Of a DNA stretch of 64,000 bases, positions 19,914-29,468 are shown one piece after another (the stretch's first letter is position 1; each line of letters starts with the position of its first letter). Origin of the DNA: Dehalococcoidia bacterium. GTDB taxonomy: Bacteria > Chloroflexota > Dehalococcoidia > UBA2979. The position numbers were made by a program, and so were the translations under genes. Location: the NCBI GenBank assembly GCA_964291495.2, contig OZ219871.1:384001-448000 (forward strand), given 5' to 3'. The notes beneath the pieces were generated by a model. That model had not been told where the DNA came from. It did no database searches and was given only the letters and a program-made list of their open reading frames with translations.

Positions 19914-20035
19914 GTGCCACTCCTCGCCCGCACGCCTCCCGCGGGCACGATAGCGAGGCTGCGGCGGCCTCACCAGCAGCGCGCGGCGCGCCGGCGCTTG
20001 ACAGCGAGGCGCGCAGGGCGCGAGATCGGCTCGGG

Positions 20036-20623
20036 ATGACCACGACACCGAGCCGCTACCCGGTCGAGCTGCCGCTGCGCGAGGGCGCCGTGCTGCTGCG
20101 CCCGCCCGAGCCCGAGGACCGCGACGCCATCCTCGGCTTCGCACGGTCGCTGCCCTCGCACGACCTGCTGTTCCTGCGCCGCGACATCACACGCCCCGAG
20201 GAGGTCGACGACTGGATCGCCTCGGTCGTGGCGGGCGAGCTGGCGACGGTGCTGGCGATCCGCGAGGAGGCGGTCGTCGGCTACGCCGTCGTCGATCGCA
20301 GCCGCCTCGAGTGGATGCGCCACGTCGCCGAGCTGCGCGTGATGGTCTCCGCCACGATGCGCGGGCAGGGGCTGGGCCGGCTGCTGACGACCGAGGCGTT
20401 CCGCATCGCCTCGGAGATGGGCGTCGAGAAGATGGTCGCGCAGATGACCACGGACCAGCGGACGGCGATCAGCGTCTTCCAGAACCTCGGCTTCGAGAAC
20501 GAGGCCGTGCTGCACGAGCACGTGCGCGACCGCGACGGCAAGAAGTACGACCTGCTGATCCTGCGCCGCGCCGTCTCCGGCTTCGAGTCGAGCGTGATCC
20601 TCGAGGAGTACGGGGTCAGCTAA
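20036..20623 (+). CDS. GNAT family N-acetyltransferase
   Basis: RHVAELRVMV...RGQGLGR...FQNLGF. Confidence 0.8.
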   Translation: MTTTPSRYPVELPLREGAVLLRPPEPEDRDAILGFARSLPSHDLLFLRRDITRPEEVDDWIASVVAGELATVLAIREEAVVGYAVVDRSRLEWMRHVAELRVMVSATMRGQGLGRLLTTEAFRIASEMGVEKMVAQMTTDQRTAISVFQNLGFENEAVLHEHVRDRDGKKYDLLILRRAVSGFESSVILEEYGVS

Positions 20624-21425
20624 AGGCCAGCAGCGCCGTCTGCACGCCGACGAGGAAGATCCCGGCGGCCAGCGCGCGTGTGAGCAGGCCCTCGCCCAGC
20701 CGATCGTGCAGCTTCCGGGCGATCGGCACGGAGGCGATCACGCCGACCGTGAGCGGCGGCATGTCGTTCAGCGGGTCGCCCGTGTGGCCCGCCACCAGGT
20801 GCAGCGCGACGCCGGCGGTCGCGACCGCGGTGATCAAGACCTGCGCGGTCGGCACCGCGAGCGCGTGCGGGATCCGCATCACGCGCACCGCGAGCGGCGT
20901 GTAGAACAGCCCACCGCCGAGGCCGACGAGCGTGCTGGTGCCCGCGGCGCCGGCCGCGGCGACAAGGCTGCGCCAGACCGGCACGCGGTAGCTGAAGCTG
21001 ACGCCCGCCCGATCACGCAGCTCGCGGCTCCAGCCGGAGCGCAGCGGCTCTACGAAGTGCGCCACCGGCCGCCCCACGAGGTAGCCACCGCTGAAGATGA
21101 GCAGCAGCCCGAAGACAAGCGCGAAGGCCGCGCGGGGCATCAGCGACGTCGCCGCCGCCCCCAGCAGCGCGGCCGGCAACGCGGCGACGACCAGCGCGCC
21201 CGAGAGCGGCTGGTCGACGCGCCCGTGCAGCCAGGCGTAGGCCGCGGCGACGGCGTTGGCGAGGGCGACCGCGGCCAGCGTCGCCGTCGTGATCTCCTCC
21301 GGCGGGGCGTCCGGGTACCGCCACAGCAGGATCGGCGCGAACAGGAAGCCGCCGCCCGCCCCGACGGACCCGGCGTAGACGCCGACGACGAAGCCGACGA
21401 CGAGTAACAGGATCCACTCAAGCAC
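20616..21425 (-). CDS. Sulfite exporter TauE/SafE family membrane protein (start uncertain, alt 21452)
   Basis: Two repeats of G.GGG..F.P motif; hydrophobic. Confidence 0.8.
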   Translation of the reverse strand: MLEWILLLVVGFVVGVYAGSVGAGGGFLFAPILLWRYPDAPPEEITTATLAAVALANAVAAAYAWLHGRVDQPLSGALVVAALPAALLGAAATSLMPRAAFALVFGLLLIFSGGYLVGRPVAHFVEPLRSGWSRELRDRAGVSFSYRVPVWRSLVAAAGAAGTSTLVGLGGGLFYTPLAVRVMRIPHALAVPTAQVLITAVATAGVALHLVAGHTGDPLNDMPPLTVGVIASVPIARKLHDRLGEGLLTRALAAGIFLVGVQTALLAFS

Positions 21426-21523
21426 GGGCGCACCCGCCCACGGCCGTTGCATGCCCGCCAGCGCCGAAGGCGCTACCGTGCAGCGGGACGCCCGCCCCGG
21501 CGGGCACACGACGGAGGGTGCCG

Positions 21524-22468
21524 ATGGCGACGATTTCCACCGTGACCGGCGAGGTGGCTCCCGAGGATCTCGGCGTCACGCTCTTCCACGAGCACCTCGC
21601 GATGGTCTCGCCCGGCCTCGAGCTGAACTGGCCGCAGGCCTTCGACCGGCCCGCCGAGGTTGCCAACGCCGTCGAGCTGCTCTCGCGGGCGGCCGCCGTC
21701 GGCGTGCGGACACTCGTCGATCTCACGACCATCGACCTCGGGCGCGATGTCACGATGCAGCAGGAGATCGGCGAGCGCGCCGAGGTCCAGATCATCGTCT
21801 GCACGGGCGTGCACCTCCGGCCCTCGCGCTTCCTGCTGCACGCGCCCGACGAGCGGATCGTCGAGCTGTTCGTCGACGACATCGAGCGCGGCATCGGTGG
21901 TACGAGTATCCGCGCCGGCGCGCTCAAGATCGCGAGCGCCGAGGAGGTGACCGAGGAGAACGAGCGCCTGCTGCGCCTGATCGCGCGCGCGCACCTCGCC
22001 ACCGGCGTGCCGATCATCACCCACAGCGAGGCGCTGACCGAGAGCGGCGCGCGCCAGCAGGAGGTCTTCGCCGACGAGGGCGTCGACCTCACGCAGGTCG
22101 CGGTCGGGCACGTCGGCGACACCATGGACCTCGACTACCTCGAACGGCTCGCGGCGCGCGGCAGCTTCATCGGCATGGACCGCTTCGGGCTCGACGTGGT
22201 GCTGCCCGTCGCCGAGCGCATCGAGACGGTCGCGGCGCTCTGCAAGCGCGGCCGCGAGGCGAGCGTGCTGCTCTCGCACGACGCGGCAACCTCGTACGAC
22301 GCGCTGCCGCGCGGCCTCGAGCTGCCGGACCACCCGCTCTGGAAGTTCACGACGATCCACGAGGTGGTGCTGCCCGCACTGCGCGAGCGCGGCGTCAGCG
22401 AGTCGCAGATCGAGACGATGCTCGTCGACAACCCGCGCCGCCTGCTCACCCCGATCGCTCCCGCCTGA
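21524..22468 (+). CDS. Phosphotriesterase-family metallohydrolase
   Basis: LGVTLFHEH, LKIA, TGVPIITH, GH, DRFG, LSHD, DNPRR. Confidence 0.9.
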   Translation: MATISTVTGEVAPEDLGVTLFHEHLAMVSPGLELNWPQAFDRPAEVANAVELLSRAAAVGVRTLVDLTTIDLGRDVTMQQEIGERAEVQIIVCTGVHLRPSRFLLHAPDERIVELFVDDIERGIGGTSIRAGALKIASAEEVTEENERLLRLIARAHLATGVPIITHSEALTESGARQQEVFADEGVDLTQVAVGHVGDTMDLDYLERLAARGSFIGMDRFGLDVVLPVAERIETVAALCKRGREASVLLSHDAATSYDALPRGLELPDHPLWKFTTIHEVVLPALRERGVSESQIETMLVDNPRRLLTPIAPA

Positions 22469-22480
22469 CGCCGCCGCGGC

Positions 22481-23851
22481 TCACGCCTGCGGCGCCTTGC
22501 CCTCGGCGAGCAGGTCGCGCAGGCCGCTCTCGACGGCACCCGCGAGGTGGTCGAGGTCGGCCTCTGTCATCGCGGTGGAGAGGCAGCCCATGTGTGGCTG
22601 CATGAAGACGCCGTGGCGCAGCAGGTGGCCCTGCAGCTGGAAGATCCAGCCGCGCTCGTCCGGCCGCCACCACGAGTCCCGGTAGTTGCGAATCGGGCGC
22701 GTCGTGAGGTGCAGACGGAAGAACGAGCCCATGCCCGTCACCTGCCCCGGGTAGCCCGCCGACTCGAACGCGCCGCGCAGCGCCTCGCGCGCGTACTCGC
22801 CGAGGGCGTTGAGGCGCTCGCAGGCCTCGGGCGTCAGCAGTTCCATCGCCGCCAGTCCCGCAGTCATCGAGGTGACGTTGCCGTTGAAGGTGCCGCCGTG
22901 CGAGATGCGCGGGCGATCGGCCGGGTCGGGGGCGAAGAAGCTGCCCTCGAAGACGCGCATGATCTCCTCGGAGCCGCCCATCCCGCCGACGGGGAAGCCG
23001 CCGCCGATGATCTTCGCAAAGGTCGTCAGGTCCGGCTCGATGCCGAACTCGCCCTGCGCGCCGCCGTAGCCGAGGCGCAGCGAGACCACCTCGTCGACGA
23101 TGAAGACGATGCCGTGGCGGCGGGTGAACTCGCGCAGCATCGCGATGAACTCGGGCGTCGGCGGCACCAGCGCCGCCACGTCCGAGACCGGGTCGAGCAG
23201 CACCGCTGCGAGCTGATCGGCGTGCGGCTCCAGCAGCCGCTCACCCGCTTCGGGGTCGTTCCAGGGGATCACGATCGTGTCGTCGAGGATCGACTGCGGC
23301 ACGCCGACGGCGTTCGGCACGGGCGCGGGGTCGGGCTCGCCCCAGACGTCGGAGCCGGGCCAGTAGGAGATCTCCGAGTAGTCGTAGGTGCCGTGGTAGG
23401 CGCCCTCGATCTTCGCGATCTTCGGGCGGCCGGTGTAGGCGCGGGCGGTGCGGATCGCCATCATCACCGCCTCCGTGCCCGAGTTGGAGAAGCGCAGCCG
23501 ATCGCAGCTCGGCACGCGCTCCTGCAGCAGCTCTGCGAGGGCCAGCTCCGCCTCGCTGCCGAAGCTGTAGGCGCTGCCTGAGGCGATCTGCTTCGAGACC
23601 GCCTCGACGATCGCTGGGTGCGCGTGGCCGTGGATGAGCGCCGTGTTGTTGTTGTTGAAGTCGATCAGCTCGTGCCCGTCGGCGTCCGTCACCCGCGCGC
23701 CCCGCGCCGAGCGCGCATAGAGCACGTACGGCCCGGGACCCGGCGCCGAGGCAACCACGCGGCTGTAGCCGTTCGCCAGCACCCCGCGCGCACGCGCGAA
23801 GAACTGCGCCGATCTCGAGTCCGGGTCCGGGTAGCGGTACGGCTGCGACAT
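22481..23851 (-). CDS. Class III aminotransferase (GSA aminomutase-like)
   Basis: FSNSGTEA, EGAYHG, DEVV, DLTTFAKIIGGGFPVG, HGGTFNGN. Confidence 0.9.
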   Translation of the reverse strand: MSQPYRYPDPDSRSAQFFARARGVLANGYSRVVASAPGPGPYVLYARSARGARVTDADGHELIDFNNNNTALIHGHAHPAIVEAVSKQIASGSAYSFGSEAELALAELLQERVPSCDRLRFSNSGTEAVMMAIRTARAYTGRPKIAKIEGAYHGTYDYSEISYWPGSDVWGEPDPAPVPNAVGVPQSILDDTIVIPWNDPEAGERLLEPHADQLAAVLLDPVSDVAALVPPTPEFIAMLREFTRRHGIVFIVDEVVSLRLGYGGAQGEFGIEPDLTTFAKIIGGGFPVGGMGGSEEIMRVFEGSFFAPDPADRPRISHGGTFNGNVTSMTAGLAAMELLTPEACERLNALGEYAREALRGAFESAGYPGQVTGMGSFFRLHLTTRPIRNYRDSWWRPDERGWIFQLQGHLLRHGVFMQPHMGCLSTAMTEADLDHLAGAVESGLRDLLAEGKAPQA

Positions 23852-23912
23852 GGCTCCCCCTCGCGGCGATGGTCCGAGCGATGGTAGCGCGGCGCACGGG
23901 TACGATGACCCC

Positions 23913-25547
23913 ATGACGAGCGAGCTGTCCGCGGACGTCGTCGTCGTCGGCTCGGGAGCGGCGGGCCTGAGCGCCGCCGTCAGCGCCTCGGTAACACTGG
24001 CAGAGTCAGGCGAGGGCGGCTCGGTGCTGCTGCTGGAGCGCTCGGACCGCCTCGGCGGCACGACTGCCGTCTCAGGCGGCGTCGCCTGGCTGCCGAACAA
24101 CGACCACATGCGCGAGCTGGAGCTGCACGACTCGCCGGAGCGCGCGCTCGACTACCTGCGCGCGATCTCGCTCGGCCGCGCCGACCCGGCGCTGCTGGAG
24201 GCGTTCGTCGCCGCCGCGCCGGAGGCCGCACGCTTCGTCGAGGCGAAGACGCCGCTGCGCTTCAGCGCGGCGGGGCGCGGCAACCCCGCAGGCGGCGTGC
24301 TGCCCTTCCCCGATTACCAGGCCGATCTGCCCGGCGGGGCGGCCAACGGCCGCTCGCTCGACCCCGCGCCGTTCGACCCGTCCGCCCTCGGCGATCTCAC
24401 CGAGGCGCTGCGGGAGCCGCTGCCCTACAGCGTGAGCTGGTCCGGCGGGGGCCTCGTGCTCGATTCGGGCGAGTGGGTCGGCGGGCGCGGGCTCGTCGGC
24501 GCGCTGCTCGCCGGCTGCCTCACGCACGGCGTCCGCATCGAGCGCGGCGTGCGCGCGCGGCGCCTGCTCGCCGGCGCCACCGGCCGCGTCGCCGGCCTCG
24601 AGGCCGAGCGCGACGGCGAGGCGCTGCGCATCGAGGCACGGCGCGGCGTCGTGCTCGCGGCGGGCGGCTTCGAGTGGGACGCGGAGCTGCGCCGCGAGTG
24701 GCTGCGCGGCCCCGTCGACGCGCTGCTCAGCCCCCCGGGACTCGCCGAGGGCGACGCGCTCCGCATGGCGATGGAGCGCGGGGCAGCGCTCGCCAACCTC
24801 GGCGAGGCGTGGTGGACGCTGGCCGTGCGCCTGACGGGCGAGGGTGCGAGCGCCGATGACGCGCAGGGCGAGCTGCGCTTCCTCTCCGGGCCGCGCTCGC
24901 TGCCGGGCTCGATCCTCGTGAACCGCCTCGGACGGCGCTTCGTCAACGAGGCGGTCAACTACCACGACATCGTGCGCGCCTTCCACGTCTTCGACCCCGG
25001 CGCGTTCACCTACCCGAACCGCCCGGCCTGGTTCCTGTTCGGTGAGTCCTATCGCCGCGCCTACGGCCTGCTCAGCGCCGCGCCCGGCGACCCCGACCCG
25101 CCCTGGCTGGAGCCCTCACCGACCCTCGAGGCGCTCGCCGAGCGCTGTAGCATCGACGCCGCGGGCCTGCGCGAGACCGTCGCCCGCTTCGACGAGCAGG
25201 CCGAGCGTGGCGTAGACCCCGACTTCGGGCGCGGCGAGGGCTCGTACGACCTCGCGACGGGCGACCCGTCGCGCGAGGGCCGTGCGCGCACGCTCGGCCC
25301 GATCGGCGGGCCGCCCTACTACGCACTGGAGGTGCACGTCGCGGTGCTCGGCACGAGCAGCGGTCTGCGCGTCGACGCCAGGGGGCGGGTGCTGGACGTG
25401 CGCGGCGAGCCGATCGCCGGCCTGCACGCCGCGGGCAACACGATCGCCGCGCCGACCGGCCCGGGCTACGGTGGGGGCGGCGGCACGATCGGGCCCGCGC
25501 TCACCTTCGGCTACCTCGCGGGCCGCGCCGCCGCGCGAGACGACTGA
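23913..25547 (+). CDS. FAD-dependent oxidoreductase, 3-ketosteroid delta1-dehydrogenase-like
   Basis: VVGSGAAG, GGTTAVSGG, PDY, VVLAAGGFE, RFVNEA.NY, DFGRG..SYD, GPGYGGGGGTIG. Confidence 0.8.
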   Translation: MTSELSADVVVVGSGAAGLSAAVSASVTLAESGEGGSVLLLERSDRLGGTTAVSGGVAWLPNNDHMRELELHDSPERALDYLRAISLGRADPALLEAFVAAAPEAARFVEAKTPLRFSAAGRGNPAGGVLPFPDYQADLPGGAANGRSLDPAPFDPSALGDLTEALREPLPYSVSWSGGGLVLDSGEWVGGRGLVGALLAGCLTHGVRIERGVRARRLLAGATGRVAGLEAERDGEALRIEARRGVVLAAGGFEWDAELRREWLRGPVDALLSPPGLAEGDALRMAMERGAALANLGEAWWTLAVRLTGEGASADDAQGELRFLSGPRSLPGSILVNRLGRRFVNEAVNYHDIVRAFHVFDPGAFTYPNRPAWFLFGESYRRAYGLLSAAPGDPDPPWLEPSPTLEALAERCSIDAAGLRETVARFDEQAERGVDPDFGRGEGSYDLATGDPSREGRARTLGPIGGPPYYALEVHVAVLGTSSGLRVDARGRVLDVRGEPIAGLHAAGNTIAAPTGPGYGGGGGTIGPALTFGYLAGRAAARDD

Positions 25548-25556
25548 GGGCGCGCG

Positions 25557-25772
25557 CCGCCCCGTGCGAAGCCCTCTCCTCACGACAGCGAGCCCATCCC
25601 TTCCGGTCCCCTCTCCCCGAGGGAGAGGGTCAGGGTGAGGGAGGGTCCGACCTCCGGGATTGCGTTGCGCCATCGGTGCGTTCGGCGGCGCGCGGGAGTC
25701 TTCCCCCTCACCCCCGCCCTCTCCCCAGGGAGAGGGGGCCAGATCGGGCTTGTGGGAGTTCGCAACAATCTC
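25557..25772. mobile_element. MITE-like element with REP-type doublet, copy 1 (left end decayed)
   Basis: Homologous to 33265-33476 and 57545-57759; two CCCTCTCCCC(G)AGGGAGAGGG hairpins; right end GAGTTCGCAACAATCTC. Confidence 0.75.
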
Positions 25773-25814
25773 ATTGCGGCACGAGCCGGCGGACGCCGCA
25801 GCAGGCGCCCGCCA

Positions 25815-26786
25815 CTACGAGGCGACCAGCGCCTCCAGGTCGGCGAGCGTCACCGTGCCCGGCGCGGTGCCCTCGCGGGCGCAGCGGTTGGCGAGCAGGT
25901 TGAGCGCACGGTTGTAGGGTGTCTCGATGCCGTACTGCGCGCCCAGCAACGCCACCTCGCCGTTGATGTAGTCCGTCTCCGCCGTCCGCAGGCCGCGCTG
26001 GATGCCCTGCCAGAGCGAGCCGGCGAAGGGCGGGGCGCCCTCGATCTCCGCCCAGTCGTAGCGCGGCTGGCGGTTCAGGCGCAGCGCCTCCTCGGGCGTC
26101 GGCAGGTCGATGCCGGTGGCCTCGAGGACCGCGCGCGTCTCCGCGACGAGCCGCTCGCGGATCGCCGCCGTGTCGGCGCCGGGGCCGAAGACGCCGGCGA
26201 GAGCGGAGCCGACGTTGATGAGCAGCTTCTCGTGCTTCCAGCGCATCACGTCGGCCTCGGCCTGCCCGTCGAAGCCGCAGGCCGTGAGGTCCGCCGCGAG
26301 CTGCTCCGCGACGTCGTCGACGCCCTCGGGGCAGCGTCCCAGCTCGATCTCGCCGCCGCCCTGGGGTTCGTAGTTCGCGACGACGCCCGGTTCGAGCAGC
26401 ATCCCGGGGAAGCGCACGACCATCCCGTAGACGCGGCGGAAGCGGCGCAGCGCCTCGCGCTCCGTCGCCACCCCGTTCTGCGCGCAGACGACCGGTACGT
26501 TGTCGCCCGCCGCCGCGCGCAGGTCGTCGAGGGCGTCGAAGGCGTCCTGCGTTTTCACGGTGAGCAGCACAGCGTCGTCCTCGCGGAACTCGACCTCGTC
26601 GGGGCGCTCGACCGCGCCCAGCTCCGTGCGCACGGTCTCCAGTGGCGTGCGCAGCGTCAGCCCGTGCTCGCGAATCGCCGCGAGGTGCCGGCCGCGCGCG
26701 ATCAGCACCACCTCGCGGCCGATCCGCGAGAGCGCGGCGCCCATCACCCCGCCCGTCGCGCCCGCTCCGTAGACGACGTAGCGCAT
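25815..26786 (-). CDS. Ketopantoate reductase (PanE/ApbA) family protein
   Basis: YGAGATG, LIARGRH, CAQNG, WKHEKL..N, SLWQ, ETDYINGE. Confidence 0.85.
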   Translation of the reverse strand: MRYVVYGAGATGGVMGAALSRIGREVVLIARGRHLAAIREHGLTLRTPLETVRTELGAVERPDEVEFREDDAVLLTVKTQDAFDALDDLRAAAGDNVPVVCAQNGVATEREALRRFRRVYGMVVRFPGMLLEPGVVANYEPQGGGEIELGRCPEGVDDVAEQLAADLTACGFDGQAEADVMRWKHEKLLINVGSALAGVFGPGADTAAIRERLVAETRAVLEATGIDLPTPEEALRLNRQPRYDWAEIEGAPPFAGSLWQGIQRGLRTAETDYINGEVALLGAQYGIETPYNRALNLLANRCAREGTAPGTVTLADLEALVAS

Positions 26787-26792
26787 GGCGGC

Positions 26793-27626
26793 CTACCCGA
26801 CCTGCTCGGCGATGCGCGCCGCGGCGTCGAAGCCGGCGAGGATGTCGGCGTAGTGCTCCTCCAAGTCGGCGCGAGTGTGGGGGTGGCTGAAGATGTAGCG
26901 CTGGTCCTGCCGGATCGCCTCCAGCACGCGCGGCGCGATGTCCTCGGGGTAGACGGGGTTCGGCTGGCGCGGCACCGGCATTGGCCCGAGGGTGAACGGT
27001 CCGCCGAAGCGCTCCTGGCGATGCCGGCCGGCGTCCTCGATGTCCGTCAGCATTCCGCCGGGGCAGAACACCGAGCACGAGATCTCGCCGTCGTCGGCCT
27101 CCAGCTCGTGGCGCAGCGCGTTGGTGAGCGCGACGACGCCGTGCTTCACCGCCTGGTAAATGCCTCGCTGGTTGCGGCGCGCGATCAGCCCGCTCATCGA
27201 GGCGGTGTTGACGATGTGCGCCTCGCCGCCCTGCGCGCGCATGCGCGGCAGGAAGGCGTGGATGCCGTTGAGCGGCCCCCAGAGGTTCACCGCGAGCACC
27301 CACTCCCAGTCGTTGACCTCGGACTCCTCGATCGTCTTGTGCATCGAGACGCCGGCGTTGTTGAACAGCAGGTGCGCCGCGCCGAACTCGGCGTACGCGC
27401 GCTCGGCGAGCGCCTCGACCTGTGCGCGCTCGGCGACGTCCGTTTCGACGGCGATCGCCTGCCCGCCGCGATCGCGGATCGAGGCGGCGACGACCTCGGC
27501 CGGCTCGCCCTCGAGGTCGGCGATGACGACGCGCATGCCCTCGTTTGCGCACTCGTTGGCCAGCGCCCGTCCGACGCCGTGCGCGGCCCCGGTGACGACG
27601 GCGACCCGATCCCGAAACTCCCGCAT
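26793..27626 (-). CDS. SDR family oxidoreductase
   Basis: TGAAHGVG, NNAG, NTAS, YQAVK. Confidence 0.9.
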   Translation of the reverse strand: MREFRDRVAVVTGAAHGVGRALANECANEGMRVVIADLEGEPAEVVAASIRDRGGQAIAVETDVAERAQVEALAERAYAEFGAAHLLFNNAGVSMHKTIEESEVNDWEWVLAVNLWGPLNGIHAFLPRMRAQGGEAHIVNTASMSGLIARRNQRGIYQAVKHGVVALTNALRHELEADDGEISCSVFCPGGMLTDIEDAGRHRQERFGGPFTLGPMPVPRQPNPVYPEDIAPRVLEAIRQDQRYIFSHPHTRADLEEHYADILAGFDAAARIAEQVG

Positions 27627-27726
27627 CGCACCCTCCCGTCGGCGCCCGCGCAGCGCGGGCGCTGCACAGTCTATGCCGGTAGCCGTTCCAGAACAGGAAC
27701 AACCGCAGCAGGCTATCTGATTAGTC

Positions 27727-27755
27727 TGGTCTGGTCAGACCAAGTAGTGTAGAAT
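27727..27755 (+). promoter_or_regulatory. Toxin-antitoxin operator palindrome and -10 box (leaderless)
   Basis: TGGTCTG-GT-CAGACCA inverted repeat; TAGAAT 6 nt before ATG. Confidence 0.65.
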
Positions 27756-27761
27756 GCCGTC

Positions 27762-28007
27762 ATGGTGATCAACGTGTACGAGGCAAAGACCCACCTGTCG
27801 AAGCTGCTCGACCGGGCGGCGGGCGGCGAAGAGATCGTGCTGGGCAAGTCCGGCAAGCCGCTGGCCCGGCTCGTGCCGTACGGGGAGCCTCGGCAACCCC
27901 GGAAGCCGGGCCGGCTGGCAGGCAAGATCTGGATCGCCCCCGACTTCGACGAGACACCCGAGGACATCATCGCCGCTTTCGAGGGCGACCTTGAGGATGA
28001 TGAGTGA
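27762..28007 (+). CDS. Phd/YefM family antitoxin
   Basis: NVYEAKTHLSKLL...GEEIV..GKPLARLVP. Confidence 0.92.
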   Translation: MVINVYEAKTHLSKLLDRAAGGEEIVLGKSGKPLARLVPYGEPRQPRKPGRLAGKIWIAPDFDETPEDIIAAFEGDLEDDE

Positions 28008-28375
28008 ACCTCCTGCTCGATACCCACGTCCTCCTGTGGTGGGGCGGGGAGCGGGATTTGTCGGGGGAGGCGCTCCGCGAGATCGCCAATCCGGACAACG
28101 TCGTCTACGTGAGCTCGGCGAGCATCTGGGAGATCAGCATCAAGCGGGCTCGGGGAAAGCTGCGCGTCGACGACGCCATCTTTGACGTCGGCGATGACGG
28201 CTTCGAGCCGCTGCCCATTACCCACGCCGACGCTCGCATGGCCGGGGCTCTGCCCGATCACCACCGCGATCCGTTCGATCGGATGCTGATCGCCCAGGCG
28301 CTCACACACGGCCTGGTGCTCGTCACCCGCGACTCGCGGATGGAGTCCTACGAAGCGCCCATCCTCCCCGCCTGA
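28004..28375 (+). CDS. vapC: VapC/PIN domain toxin
   Basis: LLLDTH, SIWEISIK, HRDPFDRMLIAQA, VTRD; GTGA overlap. Confidence 0.92.
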   Translation: MNLLLDTHVLLWWGGERDLSGEALREIANPDNVVYVSSASIWEISIKRARGKLRVDDAIFDVGDDGFEPLPITHADARMAGALPDHHRDPFDRMLIAQALTHGLVLVTRDSRMESYEAPILPA

Positions 28376-28412
28376 CCTTGCGCGGCGGCGCGCCCTCGCA
28401 CACCCTCGCCGC

Positions 28413-29468
28413 ATGCCGGCGCCTGCCTTCGGCCTGAATCGCTTCGAGTTCGGCTCCGTCGCGGCCTTCGCCGCCGACGTGCGACGCGCCGAGGAGCTCG
28501 GCTGGGACTACGCCTTCATCCCCGACTCGCAGCTGCGCCGCCGCGACACCTACGTGATGCTCGCCGAGGCGGCGCGCGCGACCAGCCGCATCCGCATCGG
28601 CCCGCTGATCGCCAACCCGGTGAACCGCCACATCAGCGTCACCGCGTCCTCGATTGCCACCGTCGACGAGCTTGCCGAGGGCCGCACGTTGCTCGGGCTC
28701 GGCATCGGCGACACGGCCGTGCGGCTGGCCGGGTTGCGCCCGGCGCGCGTGCGCGAGCTGGAGGAGGCGACGCGCCTCGCCCGCGGCCTGCTGCACGGCG
28801 AGGCCATCGAGGTGGGCGCGCGCGCCGCGGCGCGGCTGCCGCACGCCCGTCCGGTGCCGGTCTGGATCGCCGCGGGCGGACCTCGGATGCTGCGCGCCGC
28901 CGGGCGCGTCGCCGACGGTGTCTTTATCCGCGTCGGCACCTCGCCCGCGAACCTCGAAGCGGCCATCGAGGCGGTGCGCACGGGCGCGGCCGAGGCGGGC
29001 CGCGACCCCGGCGACGTCGCGCTCGGCGTGGTCTTCCACACCGTGCTCGTCGACGACTCCGAGCGCGCCTTGCGCATCGGCCGCTCGATGGCCGCCGGCT
29101 ATTACGAGTACTCGCCGACGCTGTTCGAGGCGCCGGGCCTGCACTGGGACGGCCCGCCCGTCGAAGAGTTGCAGCAGCAGGTCAGCCCGGACTTCCACCA
29201 CACGCCGGACCTCGAGGGCGCGGGTCGCCTGCTCGATTTCCTCCCGCCGGCCGCCGCCAAGGCGTTCTGCCTGCACGGTGACGCCGAGGCCGTCTCGCAG
29301 CAGCTGACCGAGTTGCTGCGCGCGCTCCCGGTCTTCGAGATCGTCGTGCTGCACCCGGTGCCGGACCCCGTCCACGAGACTCCGGGCGCGCCACCGGACT
29401 ACATGGGCCTCGTCGCGCGCGAGGTGCTGCCGCGCGTCCGGGCTGCCCTCGAGGAGCCTCGCAGCTAG
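28413..29468 (+). CDS. LLM class oxidoreductase (Mer-like, probably F420-dependent)
   Basis: AEELGWD...PDSQ, GRTLLGLGIGD, AAGGPRML.AAG.VADG. Confidence 0.85.
   Translation: MPAPAFGLNRFEFGSVAAFAADVRRAEELGWDYAFIPDSQLRRRDTYVMLAEAARATSRIRIGPLIANPVNRHISVTASSIATVDELAEGRTLLGLGIGDTAVRLAGLRPARVRELEEATRLARGLLHGEAIEVGARAAARLPHARPVPVWIAAGGPRMLRAAGRVADGVFIRVGTSPANLEAAIEAVRTGAAEAGRDPGDVALGVVFHTVLVDDSERALRIGRSMAAGYYEYSPTLFEAPGLHWDGPPVEELQQQVSPDFHHTPDLEGAGRLLDFLPPAAAKAFCLHGDAEAVSQQLTELLRALPVFEIVVLHPVPDPVHETPGAPPDYMGLVAREVLPRVRAALEEPRS

Noticed and set aside
20616-23851. TauE exporter + phosphotriesterase + aminotransferase as a taurine/sulfonate pathway
   Set aside because: Genes are in alternating orientations, and no sulfonate-specific enzyme is recognisable.
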